From assembly GCF_009914755.1 (NCBI RefSeq), contig NC_060935.1: 64,000 nucleotides of DNA; one strand, given 5' to 3'. The notes beneath the pieces were generated by a model. It did no database searches and was not told where the DNA came from. It saw nothing but the letters and a program-made list of their open reading frames with translations. Each line of letters begins with the position of its first letter. Position 1 is the stretch's first letter. Source of the stretch: the human T2T-CHM13v2.0 reference genome, Homo sapiens. Both the position numbers and the translations under genes were made by a program. Shown here piece after piece: positions 41,319 to 54,740 of this stretch.

Positions 41319-41388
41319 TATAATTATTTGCTTCTATAAAATTCATTCAGTGATTTGACGTCTCCTTTATTTCCCATTGTAAATGGCC
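41319..41388 (-). pseudogene. Candidate fossil exon (70 nt)
   Basis: ttaccttgtAG|ggcca...aattata|GTaatg; GHLQWEIKETSNH*MNFIEANNY. Confidence 0.4.
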
Positions 41389-41665
41389 CTACAAGGTAAT
41401 TTGTCTCACATTGATTAGACAATAATACATACACAACTTTACAATGAGTAGGGGGGAATGGAATCAATCATTCTTTATTTTTCCCCTCCAGAATAGTATG
41501 CCATCACCCTTTCCCCAAAATTCTACATATTAATGAGATTGAAATTATCATCAAAATTATAAACTAAGGCCCAGAGAAATTAAATGTTTTCTTGCCCGAG
41601 GCCATACAACAAATTTATGGAAGAGCTGGGGTTAGAATTCAGATTGTCTCTCAGTTCAGTGATAC

Positions 41666-41762
41666 TGAGTTTTAGGACTCTTTTCTTCTCTTTGTAGGGA
41701 TTTCTAAATGTCTTCCTGCTTTTTCTTCTTCTTAAACGAAGGCTTTGCTTTCTGAAAATCTA
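41666..41762 (-). pseudogene. Candidate fossil exon (97 nt; alternative acceptor at 41852)
   Basis: tttatAG|tagatt...aactca|GTatca; RFSESKAFV*EEEKAGRHLEIPTKRRKES*NS. Confidence 0.4.
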
Positions 41763-42034
41763 CTATAAATCATGACAGCCATGTAATATCATGACAGATA
41801 TGGAAATAAAATGCTTTGATTTTGCTATATTGCAGTTTGCCAGTGATTCCATCTGTGTATGAAAGGTGAAACACAGAAAACGCACACACAAATGAGCACA
41901 CCAAAAAATAGGAATTATACCCAGAAAACCAAAAAGATGTTTTGAGCATATAACTTACAGCAACAACAAACCTAGGGCAAAGTGAGGCTTCTAAATCCAA
42001 AATTTTCTACCACTATTATCACCTTGTCAACTAG

Positions 42035-42403
42035 CGATATGGTTTGACTCTGTGTTCCCACCCAAATCTCACCTTGAATTGCAATAATCCCCACATGTCA
42101 AGGACGGGACCCAGCAGGAGGTAATTGAATCATGGGGGTGGTTCCCCCATGCTGTTCTCATAATAGTGAGTGAGTTCTCACGAGATCTTGTGGTTTTATA
42201 AGGGGCTTTCTTCATTTTGCTCAGCACTTCTCTTTATTGTTGCCATTTGAAGAAGGACATGTTTGCTTCCCCTCCCATCATGATTGTAAGTTTCCTGAGG
42301 CCTCCCCAGGCCTCCAGAACTGTGACTCAATTAAACCTCTTTCCTTTATAAATTATCCAGTCATGGGCAGTTCTTTGCAGCAGCATGAGAACAAACTGAT
42401 ACA
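42035..42403 (+). mobile_element. THE1 (C/D-like) solo LTR
   Basis: gatatggtttgactctgtgttcccacccaaatctc...aactgataCA; TSD ACTAG at 42030-42034 and 42404-42408. Confidence 0.93.
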
Positions 42404-42630
42404 ACTAGTGATCATTTTTATTGCCCTCAGATGTGCTTAAGGTTTGGCAACGTCTGTGTTTTGCCAGGCATTTGACAAATTGGAACCAAGGAACCACTAC
42501 CAGTTCAGGTGGGCTCCAATGTAAATTTCCAAATTGAAAGTCCCAAAGTAACATAAACTCAGAACCGCAATTTAAGGGCTCCTCTACCAAGCAAGCTAGA
42601 TGGAACCTTAGACCCCGAGTAAATTATAAC

Positions 42631-42662
42631 CTTCTTTTCAGAGATGTATGCTCCAATGCATC
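42631..42662 (-). pseudogene. Candidate fossil exon (32 nt)
   Basis: tattgccAG|gatgca...aagaag|GTtata; DALEHTSLKR. Confidence 0.35.
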
Positions 42663-42719
42663 CTGGCAATATAGTGATGAAAAGCAAAGAATGCATTTTA
42701 AAGGAGAGAACTTACTTAG

Positions 42720-43110
42720 GAGGCATGATGTGTGGTGGTGAAGAGCACAAACCTTGGAGACACAAACTCTGTTTGTATTCAAATTCCAACTCTACTTCCC
42801 ACTGGCTGCTGTCCTTGGGCAGAAGTTATTTAACATCTCTGAGTTTTAATAATGTCCCCTATTCAAGTGGTGGGTGCACTGAAAGCCCACACTTCACCAC
42901 TATGCAATGTATGCATGTAACACAACGGCACTTATCCCCTAAACCTATAGAACAAACAAACAAACAAAAAACACAGCTATGAGATGAAGGTATTGATAGC
43001 ACTTACATCAAGTACTTACATCATAGAATAGTTGTAAGGATTAAATTAATTGATATTTATAGAGCACTTAGAGTAAAACCTGGGACCTCTAAGTACTATG
43101 CATGTGTTTG
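42720..43110 (+). mobile_element. MIR with a short L1 3' tail inserted
   Basis: MIR core split by gtgcactgaaagcccacacttcaccactatgcaatgtatgcatgtaac. Confidence 0.7.
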
Positions 43111-43138
43111 CTAATAAAGAAAATGATCTCCCTGGTAG

Positions 43139-43472
<334 letters not shown>

Positions 43473-43523
43473 GGGGACTTTTTTCAAGGAAGTTCTTTCT
43501 CCATAGTTCCTAAAGTACCATAC

Positions 43524-43666
43524 ATGAGATTGTTTTCTCCCACTTGTAAGACAGTTTGGAGAAAGTGCTCCTTTGTTCCACTTCAATGTGTAAATAAATG
43601 GAAGCCTAACAGTTAAAGCTGAGAGGCTGCCACTTTGCAGTTAGCCCCTGAGGTCAACACTAATCT
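43524..43666 (-). pseudogene. Candidate fossil exon (143 nt)
   Basis: tttcatttttccttaAG|agatt...tctcat|GTatgg; ISVDLRG*LQSGSLSALTVRLPFIYTLKWNKGALSPNCLTSGRKQSH. Confidence 0.45.
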
Positions 43667-43822
43667 CTTAAGGAAAAATGAAATAATCAAAGAAAAATAC
43701 AAACCAGAAATAACAAAGTCTGTATGCAAGACATAACTTGAGACCTTGATCAAGGCACTGATACTGATTAGTAATCAGGGCATTTGCTGGTGTCTCTCGT
43801 TCTTTCAGACATACTTTCAATA

Positions 43823-44125
43823 GGCCGAGTGTGGTGGCTCATGCCTGTAATCCCAGCATTTTGGGAGGCTGAGGTGGGCAGATTGTTTGAGGCCAGGAGT
43901 TTGAGACCAGCCTGGCCAATATGGCGAAACCCCATCTCTGCTAAAATTATGAAAATTAGCTGGGCCTGGTGGTGCATGCCTGTAATCCTAGCTATGTCAG
44001 GAAGCTGAGGCACGAGAACTGCTTGAACCCAGGTGGCAGAAGTTGCAATGAGCCACGATCACGCCACTGCACTCCAACCTGGGCGGGAGAGTAGGACTCT
44101 GTCTCAAAAAATAAATAAAAAAGAT
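43823..44125 (+). mobile_element. AluS with TSD
   Basis: atactttcaata on both sides. Confidence 0.95.
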
Positions 44126-44254
44126 ATACTTTCAATAAAAAGTAGGTTGTTAATTGTTGCTTCACAGATAACTGAGCTAATTCTAAGTGGGCAGTCCAAA
44201 TGTTCCTACAAGACAGGTCAAGGGGGATTGACACATAGTGAACATTTAATGGAT

Positions 44255-44490
44255 AAATAATAATAGCAAATACATATTTTGCATAAACCTTGTGTCAAGC
44301 ATTTTTCTAAGTGCTCTACAGTAATTCTATAAGGTTATAACTGATTTTGTCTCCACTTTAAAGAGGAGGAGTATGAAGCACATAGGTTTACTAGATTTTC
44401 TAAGGTCACACAGTGAGCAAGTGTTGGAGCTGGGATTCAGACTGGGATTCTGTCTAGCTCCAGAGTCTATGCACTGAGCAATTAGGCCAT
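44255..44490 (-). mobile_element. MIR SINE
   Basis: taaggtcacacagtgagcaagtgttggagctgggattcagact. Confidence 0.85.
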
Positions 44491-44521
44491 GAATAAATTT
44501 AAGATGCAATTCAGAAGGACA

Positions 44522-44965
44522 AAGTGGCAGCCAAGAGAGTATGCTGCTTGGGTCTCCATTCAGCTGCAAGGAGTTCAACAGCTTCAGCCTTTATCTGTGC
44601 CTTCAGAATCTGCAGATTTTGAACTGAGGCCATGTTCTTCTTGGTCAGTTTCCCACCAATGATTATATGAGGAAGCCTGCTAAAAGCAGGACATCTCTAA
44701 CAGGAGTCTTCACTCTGGAGCTCCTTGTTGGCTTGGCAGAGACCATCAGAGGGGCACAGCGGCCCCAGGCTCTCCCCACGTGATCCTGCTCCATCTCCCC
44801 TTTCCTTCCACAGGAGACAGATCAGCATTGCAGTCTGAAGGCTTCTCCTGTTCAATAATGCTTCCTTGCCATTTTTGCTTTCACAGATGTCACCCCCTCC
44901 TCCAAGAAACTTCTTGCACTGCCATCTCTTCTCAGCATCTACTTCTCAGAGGAAGTATCTGGTAT
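44522..44965 (+). mobile_element. LTR16-family (ERVL) solo LTR
   Basis: gtggcagcc..gaggcca..ccaatga..ctctaacagg..gagctccttgttggcttggcagagac..gcagtctgaaggct..tcttgcact follows the recalled LTR16A order. Confidence 0.8.
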
Positions 44966-45110
44966 TCCCAGTCAAGTATCTGGCTGAGATCTCACCAGTA
45001 AGAAAAGAATATGAAACTTCAGTAACAAAAATCTGAGCTGCAGGAGATAAGTCCAGACATGTCAGAGAGAATTGCTTAGTCAAGGGCAAGCAAGACACTA
45101 GCTGCCTCAC

Positions 45111-45315
45111 TGTAGCATTAAACCTTTTGTGTCACATTGCTTTGCCACTCTGCTGACGAAGTCTTCATCTTCACTCAGGTACTGATATTAATCTTATGCT
45201 AGAATACCTGCTTTCCTTTTGTCATTTTCAACACAGTAAGAGGATGAAATCTGACTTAATTGTATAATACTGACATTTTGGCAGATGCAAATGCTTCCTA
45301 CTCCCCCAGTTTTAC
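45111..45315 (-). pseudogene. Candidate fossil exon (205 nt, or 192 nt with the donor at 45124)
   Basis: ctttatattctcttccAG|gtaaa..., donors aaag|GTttaa or ctaca|GTGAGg; KTGGVGSICICQNVSIIQLSQISSSYCVENDKRKAGILA*D*YQYLSEDEDFVSRVAKQCDTK. Confidence 0.5.
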
Positions 45316-45394
45316 CTGGAAGAGAATATAAAGCCTCATGCCCCATGCGACTCCATGACTGAGCTGACTTCTTCCCATTTAAAAGGCAGACAAA

Positions 45395-45642
45395 GCCCAG
45401 TGTGGTGGCTCACGCCTGTAATTCTAGCACTTTGAGAGGCTGAGGCAGGTGGATCGTTTGAGCTCAGGAGTTCGAGACCAGCCTGGACAACATGGTGAAA
45501 CCCCATCTCTACTAAAAATACAAACTGAGGTGGGAGGATCACCTGAGCCTGGGGAGGTCAAGGCTGCAGTGAGCTGTGATCGCACCGCTGCACTCCAGCC
45601 TGGGGGACAGAGTGACACCCCATCTCAAAACAAGTAAAAAAT
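45395..45642 (+). mobile_element. AluJ with internal deletion in the right arm
   Basis: aaaatacaaa joins directly to ctgaggtgggagg; TSD aaaaggcagacaa. Confidence 0.9.
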
Positions 45643-46317
45643 AAAAGGCAGACAAGTGGGATTTTCACTAATCTTTTATGTTCAGGCAAAACTAGATGCT
45701 TTCTTAATTGACTTCCTCAGTAAAAATTATAAAATCATATGGTAGGAAGGAGAGAAAGATGAAAACAAGTCCAGGTTTCTCTACATGGATTTAGCCTCCT
45801 AGAAATAAAGACAGATGGCACATTATGGTCAAGTCAAAAGGCAGGAGATTGCTTATAATTTTTTTAACTTGTACGAATAAGTATTGTAGAAGCCATTAGG
45901 CAGATATACTGTAGAAGTATTTATACAGTAGATAAGCACACCACTATGTACAATAGTTGCATTAGTTAGGGCTATTTGTTTGTAAGCAATAGATAGCACT
46001 CTTTAACTATCTTAAAATAAATGTATCAGAAGGATGTGAGGTTCACAGAGGCAATGAAAGGCTAGAACCAGGAACAACAACAATGGCTTGTAGCAAGAAC
46101 AGTATGATCAAGGAGCCCTGCTAGGATGGGATGGGAATCCAATTATTGTCAACATCATTGTTCTTCTGCTCAATATTTGAATTCCAAGGAGGGAACAGCA
46201 GATTGGCTTAGCTTGTATCATTTCCAACCACTGGGGAGGAGTAAACAGGACCCCTGATTATAGTCCCAACTGATGATACCCAGTGGGAAAGAGAAAATTC
46301 CTTAAAAGGAAGTCAGA

Positions 46318-46460
46318 TAAGAAGGAAGGAAGGAAGGAAGGAAGGAAGGAAGGAAGGAAGGAAGGAAGGGAAGTGGGGAGGGAAGTGGGGAGGGAAGTGG
46401 GGAGGGAGGGAAGGAGATGGGGAGGGAGGGAGAGAGGGAGGAAGGGAGGAGGGAGGAAAA
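46318..46460. repeat. (GGAA)~11 microsatellite plus G-rich polypurine tract
   Basis: Read directly; includes gggaagtgggga x3. Confidence 0.95.
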
Positions 46461-46483
46461 ATGACTGTTGGACAGCCAAATAA

Positions 46484-46831
<348 letters not shown>

Positions 46832-46889
46832 TAGTAAGCAAATTCAGTAAGATGCATATGATTTCTCCATGTGCCTCTCTCTATCTGCC

Positions 46890-47240
46890 CCTCTCAAGGC
46901 TAATCAGCCTTTGACAGAAGGCATACAACTGGAATAAAAACTTTCTTAGTACTATTGAATCAGTTCTTTGAAAGAGATATAGATAAACCAGAGTAACTTT
47001 TGAAGACGGGACCAGTACGGTGAGAGAATCTAAACATCATAATATCTAAAGAAGAGCTTAAGAAACTAAGAATATGTAATCAGAAGGAAAAAGTCTCAGA
47101 AGGCATAGAAAGTACAGATTAGCTGCTGTCACATGTTTGTCGTGTTTTGATGACCTTAGAGTTACCATCTTCCCAAATTGTTGATTTGGAACCTATGGGA
47201 TTCAGAACCAATGGACAGATTCAGAAAAAAAATGAGAGAG
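46890..47240 (+). mobile_element. L3/CR1 LINE relic (ORF2 3' part)
   Basis: gagatatagataaaccagag..gaagacgggaccagtacggtgagag..gcttaagaaactaagaatatgt..agaagg resembles L3 DIDKLE..RRATRMV..LKELGMF.LEKR. Confidence 0.65.
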
Positions 47241-47689
47241 GGTTGGCTCTGTCTTCACTGGGTATCAAATGCTGAATTGATTCCTGTTGGAAAGAAATAA
47301 AACAATATGGGAAAACTAAGAGGCAGTGTTAGCAAATTGTATCAAAAGAGAATTGAGCTAGATATGACAATGGCAACAATAATGGCTTTATTTTGAACAC
47401 ATAATACTAGGCACTATGTCATACTTTTAAAATATCACTGCCTCTCAAACCTTCTCACTCTAGGATCCTTAATGACAGAAGAAAAAGAATTATTACTTCC
47501 AGATCCCTGGAGACAAAAGAATTCATGGCAACAGTAAGATTGTTGGGAGTTCTTAGATTTTACATTAAAAAATCATGACACTTTTAAATTCTGCTTCATA
47601 AGACAGTAGTGTTTATTTTAGTTTTTATATTTATCTGCCTTTTGAGATAGACAGATATAGATAGGATATAGATATAGATTCTTAAAAAA

Positions 47690-48135
<446 letters not shown>

Positions 48136-48324
48136 TAAATACAAATATATATGTATATATATTTTTTATTATATATCATATTTTGTAATATATAAATATA
48201 CATTTATATTTACATAAAATTTTTTGAAACTCTGGGACCTGCCCTTCAAGAGCTGTATTTATCATATAACTTGTTTGAGGGGGCCTCTTGAAGCACCATT
48301 GCATAACTCTGTGGGTATACATAC

Positions 48325-48400
48325 TCCAGTTCCTGAATGACAGCCAAATATTTAGGAAGAGGGTGTTTTTAATATAGTACTCTTCGAATAATATAGAACT
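48325..48400 (-). pseudogene. Candidate fossil exon (76 nt)
   Basis: tttctatcttcaaAG|agttc...actgga|GTATGT; FYIIRRVLY*KHPLPKYLAVIQEL. Confidence 0.5.
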
Positions 48401-48442
48401 CTTTGAAGATAGAAACTTGTACACAGAGTGACTACTAGGTTC

Positions 48443-48476
48443 CCAAGGATGATTTCAAACCAAGGATGATTTCAAA
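48443..48476. repeat. 17-bp perfect tandem duplication
   Basis: ccaaggatgatttcaaa x2. Confidence 0.9.
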
Positions 48477-50027
48477 ATCAATTGGATTTAAGTCTACTCC
48501 TTCAATTTCCCCAGCAGAGGCACCTCTATCCCTCAGAATTATCCCAACTCCTAGGATGTGAGGAGTGAACACTCAACTGCTATAGGGTAGGGCAAAAGGT
48601 AGCAAAAGGTCAAGGACAGGTAGATGCTTTAAATAGACAACCATTTAAATGTCTATCCAAATGGACAACCCAACAGATAGAAGAAATTAACTAGTTCGCT
48701 GCTGAATTAAATAAGCTCTAAGTCCTAAGCTCTATGTCTCCTATTCCTACAGTAGACACTAATATATTCAATGTACTTTTGTCAGTGAGCCTGGCAAAAA
48801 TATGGCACTTATTAAATTATTCAGTTTTGAGCTGGAAGAAATCTTAAGGCTAATTTAGTGCAGCCTCCCTCATTCTACAGTTGAAAGAACTGAATCTCTA
48901 TAAACGTAAGTTGCTTGCTGAAGATAACATGGATTTAGAACTGGGCTGGACCCTTTTATTCCCAATTGAATGTTCTTTTTACAGTGACAAGGCAAGCTGT
49001 CATGGAAAGAGAAGCTTTAAAATGGTACACACAAGTGCATCACTTTTCTGGCCTTGTGACCTTGGGCAAGTTTCTAATCCCTTTGAGCACCAGTTGTCTC
49101 ATCTGTAGAGTGCGAATGATCATAATCTTCAATGGATTCTTCCAGGGACTTAAAGAAGTAATGCTTGCAAAGGAACTAGCACAATGCCCAGCATATGGAA
49201 TTTGCCTATGAAAATACTTTTGTTCTCCAATTTCCAGCCCTTCTTGTTGGGTTGTTTGCCAAGTCCTCCTGCTGATACTGCACCCATGGTATTAGGAACA
49301 AGAGTGGACTTTCCCCTCCTCTTTATAAATTATACAACAGAGAAAGGGGGAGGGGAATGCAGTGAAATATTAACAGTTGAGGAACTGGATGAGAGGAGCC
49401 TGGGAGATCTTTGTACTTGCAAATGTTCTGTTTAAGCTTGAAACCATTTCAAAATGAATTATTTTTCCATGGAAAAATAAAATGGACACCTCCACATGTT
49501 GCTTTCTTCCATTCCAAAGCCCAATTGCATAGCAACTGGACTGAGGTTTTCAACCCCAACGTGTAATGTAAACTACATATTAGTAAGCTCACCCTTCCAA
49601 TCCTCTGTTCTAGAGGAAGTAGGGCTTGTGATTCCCCTTTCATTTGTTGAACACATAACACAAAGAGGAACTGTTCTCAGGCTCAAGTCACGGGCTGGAA
49701 CTCAGAAGTGCTTTGGTTTAAATGATGAATGCATGGTCACCCATGTTTAACCACCAATTGAGAGGAGGTCACATGCTAAATCAGAAAAGTCCCAATGAAG
49801 GGGAAAGTAATTGAGAGTCTTTTGTACCCAAAATAGTACAAATAGGTTCCAGCTGAGAAGGAACTCAAATTAGTTTTCCTTTCACAGAGCTTTAATGCTG
49901 TATTTTTCAACATGATTTGGAAGACACCTATACCAACAAGTGTTATCATATACACATTCTTCTTTATCTGATAAAGCACCAAGATCCTGGTCAAACCATA
50001 AGTTTGGTAAGCAGAAATGGCCCCTAC

Positions 50028-50094
50028 CTACATTGTCTTTAACTACACGGAAAGCCCTTCATGTTTTGAGGTGTAAATAATCTGTAGACAGTTT
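50028..50094 (-). pseudogene. Candidate fossil exon (67 nt), followed by a 100-nt intron and a further exon starting at 49927
   Basis: cctcttttccttgtAG|aaact...atgtag|GTaggg; joined reading KLSTDYLHLKT*RAFRVVKDNV|GVFQIMLKNTALKLCERKTNLSSF. Confidence 0.45.
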
Positions 50095-50209
50095 CTACAA
50101 GGAAAAGAGGAATAATAATAATATTGTCTTAACAAGGATCTTTTCAGATCAGAGTAGAAATGCTAGCATAAATCCAAAGCAACTTACCCTCACCTAAATC
50201 TCAGCATAA

Positions 50210-50700
50210 AACTCATTCATTCACTCGCTTATTTAGTATTTCTTGAATTCCTCTTCATTGCCATTTACGCTAGATGGTGATTAGGGGATATTATGGAGAG
50301 TAAACCAGATGTGGTCTCTGCTTTCACTGACCACAACCTAGTGGGGAAGACAGGCATGAACAAGAAATCATAATGAGTGGTATGAGTTCTCAGGCAGATG
50401 ATGTGGGGAAACACACAGGAGGGGCACTCAGCTCAGTCTAGTGGGGCAGGGGGGCTTCCCAGAGGTAGTTACATCAAAGCTGAGATCCAACGTTCAAGTT
50501 AGAAGTAATCAGCCAAGAATGTTTCCCAAGCAGAAGAATGACATGTGTCATTATCTGAAGATTAGAAATCCCAAAAGGCTGAAGTGTGGAGTGCAGGAAG
50601 GTTGAGGTAAGGAGGAAAAATGAGACCAGGAGGAGGTTTCACATGGCACATGTTGAATGTTAAACAGCACATACTCCCTCCGAGGGAAGACCTTTACCAT
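50210..50700 (-). mobile_element. L2 3' fragment
   Basis: ctcattcattcactc tail followed by an antisense L2 body. Confidence 0.75.
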
Positions 50701-51839
50701 GGAGTTTGCAGGGCTGTTTCCCTGGCCTTCTTTCTGAGACCCAATTTTCCCTTGGGAGATAAGATGACCTGGGTAAAGTGGACTTTGGACAAATGTGTTC
50801 TGTAGGCATGTTTTCTTTTGTGTCTTCTCTCTCCCTTATTCCAGTCCCTTTCTTCAATTCTGGTGTTATAGCAGAAATAATTAACATTTATGGTATGTGC
50901 CTGGTACCACCAACTCTCAAAATAACCCTAAGGGATATTATTATTATTCCTATTTTACGATAAGCAAACTTGGGCTCATGTACTAACTTTCCCAAGGTCA
51001 TAGTACTAATAAATGGCAGCACTGATATGAGAACCCAGTGTTACCTGAATTCAAAGCTCATCCTCCTAATTATCCTGGTACCCAACCTCAAGTCATGTAG
51101 TTGGCATCCCATTCCCTGCAAAGCCTTTCTCTCAGTTATCTATCAGCTAGTTAATTAAATGAAGTCATTATGGGCTGGGCACACAAAAGATATTCAAAGT
51201 GCTGATGACTGCAGTATCAACTGATAGAGTTAGCTACATTAACCATGGTGTTTAAATAGGGACTTCTCTAAGACTAAAAATACCTTTAGGGCTGAAAGCC
51301 ATGAAACTCTTCCTATGAGAAGATGAGTGGCGTTGATAGATGGAGTTGTAACCATGGCAGCCCCTTAAGTCATACCATGGAAACAACTGAGTGCTTTCCT
51401 GCTTGTTGCTATACTACTTGCTCTTAGGTGATGCATCTGAGGTCTTAACAGAAACCCATCCCACACCACCCCTTTCTTCCCCTGTCACATGAATCAGAGT
51501 GTTACACAGAGGAGAAAAATTAGGCCCTTTCCTAAACTGCACCTATAATAGCAACTACAGAAGTAGGAATTTCCACCACGGTCAAAAGGGAAATTTAGAA
51601 CACTCTCATGCCAAAAATGTTCTTCCTACTCTGCAATCCATGGAACGTATATATTTTTTAAACCAACAATATGACTAGCTGTGTGTTCTTGGAAAAAAAA
51701 AAATTCACCTTTTGGAACCTATTTTCTTTTTTCTATTTTTTTAAAGCTTCAGAAAAATTATCTCTAAAGATCACTCCAGGTAAACAACTCTAAGAAACAA
51801 GCTGCATCGAAGAATTTTCTCAGGTGGTATCTTAATGCA

Positions 51840-52200
51840 TCTAGATACAGCGTGAAGTTGAAAGGGACTTGAGGGACCTTCTAAGCTAACCCTGCTAGAC
51901 TGCTTCACTAATCTTTGCTTTCCTTATCTCTAGCATAAAAAAATACTCAAATGTTTGCTATTGTTGAGCGACCCCCTAATCTGATGTGAGAACCCCATAT
52001 GATATCATCTCTCACACATGGCCACTGTCCATTGCGTGTTCATTATACACCTCGAAGGCTGAGAAGCTCACTAATTCTGGAGACAACTCATTTATTTTTC
52101 GGGCATCTATAACTGCTATTGACTTGTCTTTAGAGTGAGCCAAAATCCACTTCCTGTCATTGTACTCTTCAGAGAAAAACACTCTGGACCACATGAGAGG
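51840..52200 (-). mobile_element. L3/CR1 LINE 3' end
   Basis: ILAHSKDKSIAVIDARKINELSPELVSFSAFEVYNEHAMD resembles the CR1 ORF2 C-terminus (FRLNIRKNFLT.RAVRKWN.LP.EVVSSPSLEVFKQRLD); 3'UTR-like gttagcttagaaggtccctcaagtccctttcaac. Confidence 0.7.
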
Positions 52201-53725
52201 TGGCCCAGACAAAGGACAAAGCTGCATGGGCTTTAATAAGCCATAAAGTTATGAGGGCCCTTAAAGGTCATCTTTGAGCTTCCTTTCCACTGGATGTGTA
52301 AAAAATAATCTATGCGAGGAGAAAAGACAAAAATACTGACCTTGTGAACAAAAGGAAATGGGGTGAAAGCGAACCAGGCCTCCCTGTGAACAGGGAGCGT
52401 GTTCATGCTTTTTTATAAATAAAGGATGAGAGGGGCCCAATCCAAACTATAAATGACCCACAGGTTCTTCTAGTCATGAAAGAGAGAATGTGAGAAACTC
52501 AAATGAATCACTTTCTTAATTCAGGCTACTAGGCAGACATGACAGTGAAAAATGTGTCCCAGGAGAAAGGGTCGTGCCTATTAAGACAAGTGTAGTGTCG
52601 TTTCAAACACAACTTCCCTGCACTCTGATAAAAAGCCTTGCTGGGCTGCTCAGTCTCTAGAGAAAGCGCCCCATTCACTGCCTCACACCCTGGGAGAAGG
52701 AGTAGAGGCCACTTCTGAAAAGACAAGTTGTTAAGTAAAGTGCAATAGAGACGGGCCACCTGCCAAGGGTCAAGGGTGGGATTTAGGGGCATTCTCTTGT
52801 GGATCCCTTTTTGTCCTGTGAGGGCATAAAATAGTTTGGGTTGTACAGAAGGAATGAAGTTTCATGGAGAGAAGAGAGTAAGGCTTCCCCTCTGATTAGC
52901 TGCAAACTTGAGCAAGATCCTTAACCTCTCTGTAGTTTAGTGCGCCAGTCTCTGACCAAAAGGTGGAAGCGTGCCACACAGGCCTTCTGTTGGGGTCTCG
53001 CATTTACTTATATTATTTCCTCTGTTATGGGTGCTCTGATTCCCAAATTCTAAGAAGGAAATATGTAAACTTCCCTACCCCAATCATCTCCCCTAGCAAA
53101 TGGCCATGGGAATGGTCAACACTGCTGAGGAGCTGCTGGGAACCCCACATTTGTTGAAGTCCCGTTCTAGGTTCTTTCATTGTTCTGAGCCAAAACCTGA
53201 TCCAGAGCTACCAAGGAGTGACTTTTTTTCCAGGATTATGAGTCACTCACAAAGTACCAACTCCCCCCTCCCCAGGACGCTTGGAGCTTCCTAAAAAAGC
53301 CCAAAGCCATGGCTCATGTTCTCCATATTTTAGGGTAACCTTACCCAGAGTCTACACTGAACCTGATATGAAAACCTAATAAGAGTTCCCAGGAGCCTTA
53401 GAGGCAGACTGTAGATCAGTGTACTATGGGGTCTAAACTTGGCCACTGAACAAGCACACTTAGCTTATTAGAGTGAGAGGGTGGGCAGACACTGCTGCTA
53501 ACTATCCTAAATCTCAAATCAAAGATTTTTCATGATACCTTTCTTAATTTCAGTCATGCCAACAGGGACCAAAAGTAATATTTGGGTGAAACAAGACAAC
53601 CGTTTAGTTTGTGGCCAATGATCCCATCTTTTCCCCACCCTCCTTCAGGTGATTCACCAGGAAAACATCAAAAGGACTTCCCCTCTCACCCACAGCAACC
53701 TAAAGGGTCTATGAGTGGGACTTAC

Positions 53726-53906
53726 AAGGACCTTGCTGCTGTCTGGATTGATGACACTAGGCAGACTGGATACATGGGTGTTCATCTGTCACTCAAAATT
53801 GGCTGGACTCTCAGCGATAGTAGCAAGGTATTTTAGCTTTTATAAACCTGTTTTGATCATTGTCAAATCTTCCAACTATGTTAGATCTTAGGATTTGCTT
53901 TTAGAG
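53726..53906 (-). pseudogene. Candidate fossil exon (181 nt, phase 2 to 0), acceptor decayed to GG
   Basis: tttgttcattctctGG|ctcta...gtcctt|GTAAGT; SKSKS*DLT*LEDLTMIKTGL*KLKYLATIAESPANFE*QMNTHVSSLPSVINPDSSKVL. Confidence 0.5.
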
Positions 53907-54428
53907 CCAGAGAATGAACAAACAATGTTCATAAGAGACTTTCCAACTTTAAATGCTACAATGTTGTGAATGTGACTATGATAAATTTTTTAAAAATTCT
54001 TCCTGTAATACAGGCCTCAGAAAGAAACTACTTCTTTCCTTCCTGAATGTTGGTATTCACATTAGTTTTTGTACACCACATGGTCTATAGCTCTGTCTCA
54101 TTGCTAGTAGAACTATCAATGACAACTCACTTGCCCTAAGCACCTACACGTTGTTAAGAATGTATTAATTACAGTAACAGAAAACAACTCCTTCCTTGTG
54201 GCTTTCATGAATTACACAAACTGTGTTTTAATTTTTCTGATTTTTCAAATAAGTTCAACCATGTGCTACACCACTAAAGTTACTTAATAATGTTTTAAGT
54301 CTAATTCTGTAAAGACATTATTATTCAACATTCTTGGTCAAGTATTCCAAAGGCCCTGATGTATTGCAAAGTATACCCTTAAAAGAGTTATTATTTTTTC
54401 CACTTTTGTGTATAATTTTCCCACTAAC

Positions 54429-54740
54429 CTGCACTTCACCTGTTTTTTTCTTACTTTTCCATTCATTCTCTCGTCTTTGATTCGTGCTCTATTTTGTGCC
54501 TTTCTGTTCCTTTTACAATATTCTTATCTTTTCTTTGTTTCTGATAGTTTCAGCTCCATTCCATTCATCAGCATTTTCGTATTCTTCTTCACTGACATCT
54601 GCTGCTATGGGTTTCTGTTTTTGTTCTCTGGATTCAATGCACGGCTTCCCTTCCATTTTCCTCCCTCTCTGTCCTCCATGCCTGAGAGCTTCTTTGTCTT
54701 TTTGTGCTGCTGATCGGACTCTGGACAGCCTTTGAGAAGG
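54429..54740 (-). pseudogene. Candidate fossil exon (312 nt, symmetric), purine-rich and charged-residue-rich
   Basis: ctccttacAG|ccttc...gtgcag|GTTAGT; phase-2 frame LLKGCPESDQQHKKTKKLSGMEDREGGKW...MELKLSETKKR*EYCKRNRKAQNRARIKDER has 2 stops in 104 codons. Confidence 0.55.

Noticed and set aside
44522-45001. GC-richer segment first considered as an exon
   Set aside because: It matches an LTR16-family LTR.
53008-53375. Three tiny minus-strand exon candidates
   Set aside because: They are mutually incompatible (one implied intron is ~30 nt) and frames are ambiguous, so they are not listed as features.
54429-54740. Lebercilin (LCA5)-like DEW..KEK motif in the phase-0 frame
   Set aside because: Only a short low-complexity match, and the neighbouring exons favour the phase-2 frame.
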